A stretch of 64,000 nucleotides of DNA, taken from assembly GCA_964016885.1 (NCBI GenBank), contig OZ024749.1:18042001-18106000 (forward strand), in the 5' to 3' direction. This DNA is from Eledone cirrhosa. Lineage: Eukaryota. The translations under genes and the position numbers were made by a program. The notes beneath the pieces are model-generated. The model searched no databases. It was not told the origin of the DNA and saw only the letters and a program-made list of their open reading frames with translations. Positions 56,108-64,000 of the stretch are shown in pieces (position 1 is the stretch's first letter; each line of letters begins with the position of its first letter).

Positions 56108-59100
56108 CCAAAAATCTAAAATAATCTATTTTTCGAAAAACCTTAATTAACCTATTTTTTTATACTTTTCGAAATATTTCAAAAATTGATTTTTTTTGAA
56201 ATATTTACTTCTGATTTCAAAAACCTAAAATAATCTATTTTTCGAAAAACCCAAAATAATCTATTTTTTTATACTTTTCGAAATATTTCAAAAATTGATT
56301 TTTTTGAAATATTTACTTCTGATTTAAAAAACCTAAAATAATCTATTTTTTTATACTTTTCGAAATATTTCAAAAATTGATTTTTTTTTTAAATATTTAC
56401 TTCTGATTCCAAAAATCTAAAATAATCTATTTTTCGAAAAACCTAAAATAATCTATTTTTCGAAAAACCTTAATTAATATATTTTTTTATACTTTTCGAA
56501 ATATTTCAAAAATTGATTTTTTTGAAATATTTACTTCTGATTTCAAAAACCTAAAATAATCTATTTTTTTTATACTTTTCGAAATATTTCAAAAATTGAT
56601 TTTTTTGAAATATTTACTTCTGATTTCAAAAACCTGAAATAATCTATTTTTCGAAAAACCTAAAATAATCTATTTTTTTATACTTTTCGAAATATTTCAA
56701 AAATTGATTTTTTTGAAATATTTACTTCTGATTTCAAAAACCTAAAATAATCTATTTTTTTTATACTTTTCGAAATATTTCAAAAATTGATTTTTTTGAA
56801 ATATTTACTTCTGATTTCAAAAACCTGAAATAATCTATTTTTCGAAAAACCTAAAATAATCTATTTTTTTATACTTTTCGCAATATTTCAAAAATTGATT
56901 TTTTTTGAAATATTTACTTCTGATTTCAAAAACCTAAAATAATCTATTTTTCGAAAAACCTAAAATAATCTATTTTTCGAAAAACCTTAATTAATCTATT
57001 TTTTTATACTTTTCGAAATATTTCAAAAATTGATTTTTTTTGAAATATTTACTTCTGATTTCAAAAACCTAAAATAATCTATTTTTCGAAAAACCCAAAA
57101 TAATCTATTTTTTTATACTTTTCGAAATATTTCAAAAATTGATTTTTTTTGAAATATTTACTTCTGATTTCAAAAACCTAAAATAATCTATTTTTTTATA
57201 CTTTTCGAAATATTTCAAAAATTGATTTTTTTTTAAATATTTACTTCTGATTCCAAAAATCTAAAATAATCTATTTTTCGAAAAACCTAAAATAATCTAT
57301 TTTTCGAAAAACCTAAAATAATATATTTTTTTATACTTTTCAAAATATTTCAAAAATTGATTTTTTTGAAATATTTACTTCTGATTTCAAAAACCTAAAA
57401 TAATCTATTTTTCGAAAAACCTAAAATAATATATTTTTCGAAAAACCTAAAATAATCTATTTTTTAATACTTTTCGAAATATTTCAAAAATTGATTTTTT
57501 TGAAATATTTACTTCTGATTTCGAAAACGTAAAATAATCTATTTTTCGAAAAACCTAAAATAATCTATTTTTTTATACTTTTCGAAATATTTCAAAAATT
57601 GATTTTTTTGAAATATTTACTTCTGATTTCAAAAACCTAAAATAATCTATTTTTTTATACTTTTCGAAATATTTCTAAAATTGATTTTTTTGAAATATTT
57701 ACTTCTAATTTCAAAAACCTAAAATAATCTATTTTTCGAAAAACCTAAAATAATATATTTTTTTATACTTTTCAAAATATTTCAAAAATTGATTTTTTTG
57801 AAATATTTACTTCTGATTTTAAAAACCTAAAATAATCTATTTTTTTATACTTTTCGAAATATTTCAAAAATTGATTTTTTTTCAAATATTTACTTCTGAT
57901 TCCAAAAATCTAAAATAATCTATTTTTCGAAAAACCTAAAATAATCTATTTTTCGAAAAACCTAAAATAATCTATTTTTTTTATACTTTTCGAAATATTT
58001 CAAAAATTGATTTTTTTTGAAATATTTACTTCTGATTTCGAAAACGTAAAATAATCTATTTTTCGAAAAACCTAAAATAATCTATTTTTTTGTACTTTTC
58101 GAAATATTTCAAAAATTGATTTTTTTTGAAATATTTACTTCTGATTTCAAAAACCTAAAATAATCTATTTTTCGAAAAACCTAAAATAATCTATTTTTCG
58201 AAAAACCTAAAATAATCTATTTTTTTGTACTTTTCGAAATATTTCAAAAATTGATTTTTTTTGAAATATTTACTTCTGATTTCAAAAACCTAAAATAATC
58301 TATTTTTCGAAAAACCTAAAATAATCTATTTTTCGAAAAACCTTAATTAATCTATTTTTTTATACTTTTCGAAATATTTCAAAAATTGATTTTTTTGAAA
58401 TATTTACTTCTGATTTCAAAAACCTAAATTAATCTATTTTTCGAAAAACCTAAAATAATCTAATTTTTTGTACTTTTCGAAATATTTCAAAAATTGATTT
58501 TTTTTGAAATATTTACTTCTGATTTCAAAAACCTAAAATAATCTATTTTTCGAAAAACCTAAAATAATCTATTTTTCGAAAGACCTAAAATAATCTATTT
58601 TTTTATACTTTTCAAAATATTTCAAAAATTGATTTTTTTGAAATATTTACTTCTGATTTCAAAAACCTAAAATAATCTATTTTTTTTATACTTTTCGAAA
58701 TATTTCAAAAATTGATTTTTTTGAAATATTTACTTCTGATTTCAAAAACCTGAAATAATCTATTTTTGGAAAAACCTAAAATAATCTATTTTTTTATACT
58801 TTTCGCAATATTTCAAAAATTGATTTTTTTTGAAATATTTACTTCTGATTTCAAAAACCTAAAATAATCTATTTTTCGAAAGACCTAAAATAATCTATTT
58901 TTTTATACTTTTCGCAATATTTCAAAAATTGATTTTTTTTGAAATATTTACTTCTGATTTCAAAAACCTCAAAATAATCTATTTTTTTATACTTTTCGAA
59001 ATATTTCAAAAATTGATTTTTTTTGAAATATTTACTTCTAATTTCAAAAACCTCAAAATAATCTATTTTTTTATACTTTTCGAAATATTTCAAAAATTGA

Positions 59101-61370
59101 TTTTTTTGAAATATTTACTTCTGATTTCAAAAGCCTAAAATAATCTATTTTTCGAAAAACCCAAAATAATCTATTTTTTTATACTTTTCGAAATATTTCA
59201 AAAATTGATTTTTTTTTGAAATATTTACTTCTGATTTCAAAAACCTAAAATAATCTATTTTTTTATGCTTTTCGAAATATTTCAAAAATTGATTTTTTTT
59301 GTAATATTTACTTCTGATTTCAAAAACCTAAAATAGTCTATTTTTCGAAAAACCTAAAATAATCTATTTTTTTTATACTTTTCGAAATATTTCAAAAATT
59401 GATTTTTTTGAAATATTTACTTCTGATTTCAAAAACCTAAAATAATCTATTTATTTATACTTTTCGAAATATTTCAAAAATTGATTTTTTTTGAAATATT
59501 TACTTCTGATTCCAAAAATCTATTTTTTGAAAAACCTAAAATAATCTATTTTTTCGACATATTTCAAAAATTGATTTTTTTGAAATATTTACTTCTAATT
59601 TCAAAAACCTAAAATGTATTTTTTTTATACTTTTCGAAATATTTCAAAAATCGATTTTTTTGAAATATTTACTTCTGATTTCAAAAACCTAAAATAATCT
59701 ATTTTTCGAAAAACCTAAAATAATATATTTTTTTATACTTTTCAAAATATTTCAAAAATTGATTTTTTTGAAATATTTACTTCTGATTTTAAAAACCTAA
59801 AATAATCTATTTTTTTATACTTTTCGAAATATTTCAAAAATTGATTTTTTTTCAAATATTTACTTCTGATTCCAAAAATCTAAAATAATCTATTTTTCGA
59901 AAAACCTAAAATAATCTATTTTTCGAAAAACCTAAAATAATCTATTTTTTTTATACTTTTCGAAATATTTCAGAAATTGATTTTTTTTGAAATATTTACT
60001 TCTAATTTCGAAAACGTAAAATAATCTATTTTTCGAAAAACCTAAAATAATCTATTTTCTTATACTTTTCGAAATATTTCAAAAATTGATTTTTTTGAAA
60101 TATTTACTTCTGATTTCAAAAACCTAAAATAATCTATTTTTCGAAAAACCTAAAATAATCTATTTTTCGAAAAACCTAAAATAATATATTTTTTTATACT
60201 TTTCAAAATATTTCAAAAATTGATTTTTTTGAAATATTTACTTCTGATTTCAAAAACCTAAAATAATCTATTTTTCGAAAAACCTAAAATAATCTATTTT
60301 TCGAAAAACCTAAAATAATCTATTTTTTTATACTTTTCGAAATATTTCAAAAATTGATTTTTTTGAAATATTTACTTCTGATTCCAAAAATCTAAAATAA
60401 TCTATTTTTCGAAAAACCTTAATTAATCTATTTTTTTATACTTTTCGAAATATTTCAAAAATTGATTTTTTTTGAAATATTTACTTCTGATTTCAAAAAC
60501 CTAAAATAATCTATTTTTCGAAAAACCCAAAATAATCTATTTTTTTATACTTTTCGAAATATTTCAAAAATTGATTTTTTTGAAATATTTACTTCTGATT
60601 TAAAAAACCTAAAATAATCTATTTTTTTATACTTTTCGAAATATTTCAAAAATTGATTTTTTTGAAATATTTACTTCTGATTCCAAAAATCTAAAATAAT
60701 CTATTTTTCGAAAAACCTTAATTAATCTATTTTTTTATACTTTTCGAAATATTTCAAAAATTGATTTTTTTTGAAATATTTACTTCTGATTCCAAAAATC
60801 TAAAATAATCTATTTTTCGAAAAACCTAAAATAATCTATTTTTTTGTACTTTTCGAAATATTTCAAAAATTGATTTTTTTTGAAATATTTACTTCTGATT
60901 TCAAAAACCTAAAATAATCTATTTTTCGAAAAACCTAAAATAATCTATTTTTCGAAAAACCTTAATTAATATATTTTTTTATACTTTTCGAAATATTTCA
61001 AAAATTGATTTTTTTGAAATATTTACTTCTGATTTCAAAAACCTAAAATAATCTATTTTTTTTATACTTTTCGAAATATTTCAAAAATTGATTTTTTTGA
61101 AATATTTACTTCTGATTTCAAAAACCTGAAATAATCTATTTTTCGAAAAACCTAAAATAATCTATTTTTTTATACTTTTCGAAATATTTCAAAAATTGAT
61201 TTTTTTGAAATATTTACTTCTGATTTCAAAAACCTAAAATATTCTTATTTTTTTATACTTTTTGAAATATTTCAAAAATTGATTTTTTTGAAATATTTAC
61301 TTCTGATTTCAAAAACTTAAAATAATCTATTTTTCGAAAAACCTAAAATAATCTATTTTTTTATACTTTT
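55000..61370. repeat. Further copy of the ~28500-35200 block with whole-monomer deletions (offset 26398 in its central part)
   Basis: Identical ORF pair 32471/58869 and shared tttttggaaa at 32370/58768. One 108-bp monomer is missing near 55980 and about two monomers near 59220. Confidence 0.8.
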
Positions 61371-64000
61371 CGAAATATTTCAAAAATTGATTTTTTTGAA
61401 ATATTTACTTCTGATTCCAAAAATCTAAAATAATCTATTTTTCGAAAAACCTTAATTAATCTATTTTTTTATACTTTTCGAAATATTTCAAAAATTGATT
61501 TTTTTTGAAATATTTACTTCTGATTTCAAAAACCTAAAATAATCTATTTTTCGAAAAACCCAAAATAATCTATTTTTTTATACTTTTCGAAATATTTCAA
61601 AAATTGATTTTTTTGAAATATTTACTTCTGATTTAAAAAACCTAAAATAATCTATTTTTTTATACTTTTCGAAATATTTCAAAAATTGATTTTTTTGAAA
61701 TATTTACTTCTAATTTCAAAAACCTAAAATAATCTATTTTTCGAAAAACCTAAAATAATCTATTTTTCGAAAAACCTTAATTAATATATTTTTTTATACT
61801 TTTCGAAATATTTCAAAAATTGATTTTTTTGAAATATTTACTTCTGATTTCAAAAACCTAAAATAATCTATTTTTTTTATACTTTTCGAAATATTTCAAA
61901 AATTGATTTTTTTGAAATATTTACTTCTGATTTCAAAAACCTGAAATAATCTATTTTTCGAAAAACCTAAAATAATCTATTTTTTTATACTTTTCGAAAT
62001 ATTTCAAAAATTGATTTTTTTTCAAATATTTACTTCTGATTCCAAAAATCTAAAATAATCTATTTTTCGAAAAACATAAAATAATCTATTTTTCGAAAAA
62101 CCTAAAATAATCTATTTTTCGAAAAACCTAAAATAATCTATTTTTTTATACTTTTCGAAATATTTCAAAAATTGATTTTTTTGAAATATTTACTTCTGAT
62201 TCCAAAAATCTAAAATAATCTATTTTTCGAAAAACCTTAATTAATCTATTTTTTTATACTTTTCGAAATATTTCAAAAATTGATTTTTTTGAAATATTTA
62301 CTTCTGATTTAAAAAACCTAAAATAATCTATTTTTTTATACTTTTCGAAATATTTCAAAAATTGATTTTTTTGAAATATTTACTTCTGATTCCAAAAATC
62401 TAAAATAATCTATTTTTCGAAAAACCTTAATTAATCTATTTTTTTATACTTTTCGAAATATTTCAAAAATTGATTTTTTTTGAAATATTTACTTCTGATT
62501 CCAAAAATCTAAAATAATCTATTTTTCGAAAAACCTAAAATAATCTATTTTTTTGTACTTTTCGAAATATTTCAAAAATTGATTTTTTTTGAAATATTTA
62601 CTTCTGATTTCAAAAACCTAAAATAATCTATTTTTCGAAAAACCTAAAATAATCTATTTTTCGAAAAACCTTAATTAATATATTTTTTTATACTTTTCGA
62701 AATATTTCAAAAATTGATTTTTTTGAAATATTTACTTCTGATTTCAAAAACCTGAAATAATCTATTTTTCGAAAAACCTAAAATAATCTAATTTTTTATA
62801 CTTTTCGAAATATTTCAAAAATTGATTTTTTTGAAATATTTACTTCTGATTTCAAAAACCTAAAATATTCTTATTTTTTTATACTTTTTGAAATATTTCA
62901 AAAATTGATTTTTTTGAAATATTTACTTCTGATTTCAAAAACTTAAAATAATCTATTTTTCGAAAAACCTAAAATAATCTATTTTTTTATACTTTTCGAA
63001 ATATTTCAAAAATTGATTTTTTTGAAATATTTACTTCTGATTTCAAAAACCTAAAATAATCTATTTTTTTTATACTTTTCGAAATATTTCAAAAATTGAT
63101 TTTTTTTGAAATATTTACTTCTGATTTCAAAAACCTAAAATAGTCTATTTTTCGAAAAACCTAAAATAATCTATTTTTTTTATACTTTTCGAAATATTTC
63201 AAAAATTGATTTTTTTGAAATATTTACTTCTGATTTCAAAAACCTAAAATAATCTATTTTTCGAAAAACCTAAAATAATATATTTTTTTATACTTTTCAA
63301 AATATTTCAAAAATTGATTTTTTTGAAATATTTACTTCTGATTTCAAAAACCTAAAATAATCTATTTTTTTATGCTTTTCGAAATATTTCAAAAATTGAT
63401 TTTTTTTGAAATATTTACTTCTGATTTCAAAAATCTAAAATAGTCTATTTTTCGAAAAACCTAAAATAATCTATTTTTTTTATACTTTTCGAAATATTTC
63501 AAAAATTGATTTTTTTGAAATATTTACTTCTGATTTCAAAAACCTAAAATAATCTATTTATTTATACTTTTCGAAATATTTCAAAAATTGATTTTTTTTG
63601 AAATATTTACTTCTGATTCCAAAAATCTATTTTTTGAAAAACCTAAAATAATCTATTTTTTCGACATATTTCAAAAATTGATTTTTTTGAAATATTTACT
63701 TCTAATTTCAAAAACCTAAAATGTATTTTTTTTATACTTTTCGAAATATTTCAAAAATTGATTTTTTTGAAATATTTACTTCTGATTTCAAAAACCTAAA
63801 ATAATCTATTTTTCGAAAAACCTAAAATAATATATTTTTTTATACTTTTCAAAATATTTCAAAAATTGATTTTTTTGAAATATTTACTTCTGATTTTAAA
63901 AACCTAAAATAATCTATTTTTTTATACTTTTCGAAATATTTCAAAAATTGATTTTTTTTCAAATATTTACTTCTGATTCCAAAAATCTAAAATAATCTAT

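Larger units (their letters stand above)
1..64000. repeat. AT-rich tandem satellite array: 82-bp core plus 0-3 copies of a 26-bp module, all head-to-tail in one orientation, running off both window edges
   Basis: The consensus core cctaaaataatctat(T)n-atacttttcgaaatatttcaaaaattga(T)n-gaaatatttacttctgatttcaaaaa and the module cctaaaataatctatttttcgaaaaa account for essentially every base. No unique sequence is seen. Confidence 0.99.

Noticed and set aside
1-64000. CRISPR-like array (palindromic repeat at semi-regular spacing)
   Set aside because: There are no unique spacers, since all intervening sequence is itself repeated, and there are no cas genes or leader.

Overview
The whole 64 kb window is one uninterrupted, single-orientation, very AT-rich (about 16-17% GC by counting the consensus) satellite DNA array. 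I see no genes, RNA genes, transposons or CRISPR. It is built from two modules. Core A is ~82 bp (cctaaaataatctatttttttatacttttcgaaatatttcaaaaattgatttttttgaaatatttacttctgatttcaaaaa, with poly-T length variants of 82-85 bp). Module B is 26 bp (cctaaaataatctatttttcgaaaaa) and occurs 0-2 times (once 3) before each core, giving monomers of ~82, 108, 134 and 160 bp. Every monomer is dense in dyad symmetry. Diagnostic variants reveal nested higher-order duplications with periods of about 135, 460, 994, 1004, 1144, 1299, 2785, 4169 and 9122 bp, plus dispersed block copies at offsets of ~14.8, 18.2, 20.2 and 26.4 kb. This resembles a eukaryotic (peri)centromeric or heterochromatic satellite, but neither organism nor function can be determined from the sequence. 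All listed ORFs are by-products of the repeat. I found no novel protein-coding system. The most notable signals are the modular monomer grammar, the nested duplication history, a unique template-switch micro-inversion at 23931-23944, palindrome-perfecting mutations and a recombination signature among block copies. All alignments were done by eye using marker variants, so boundaries are approximate.
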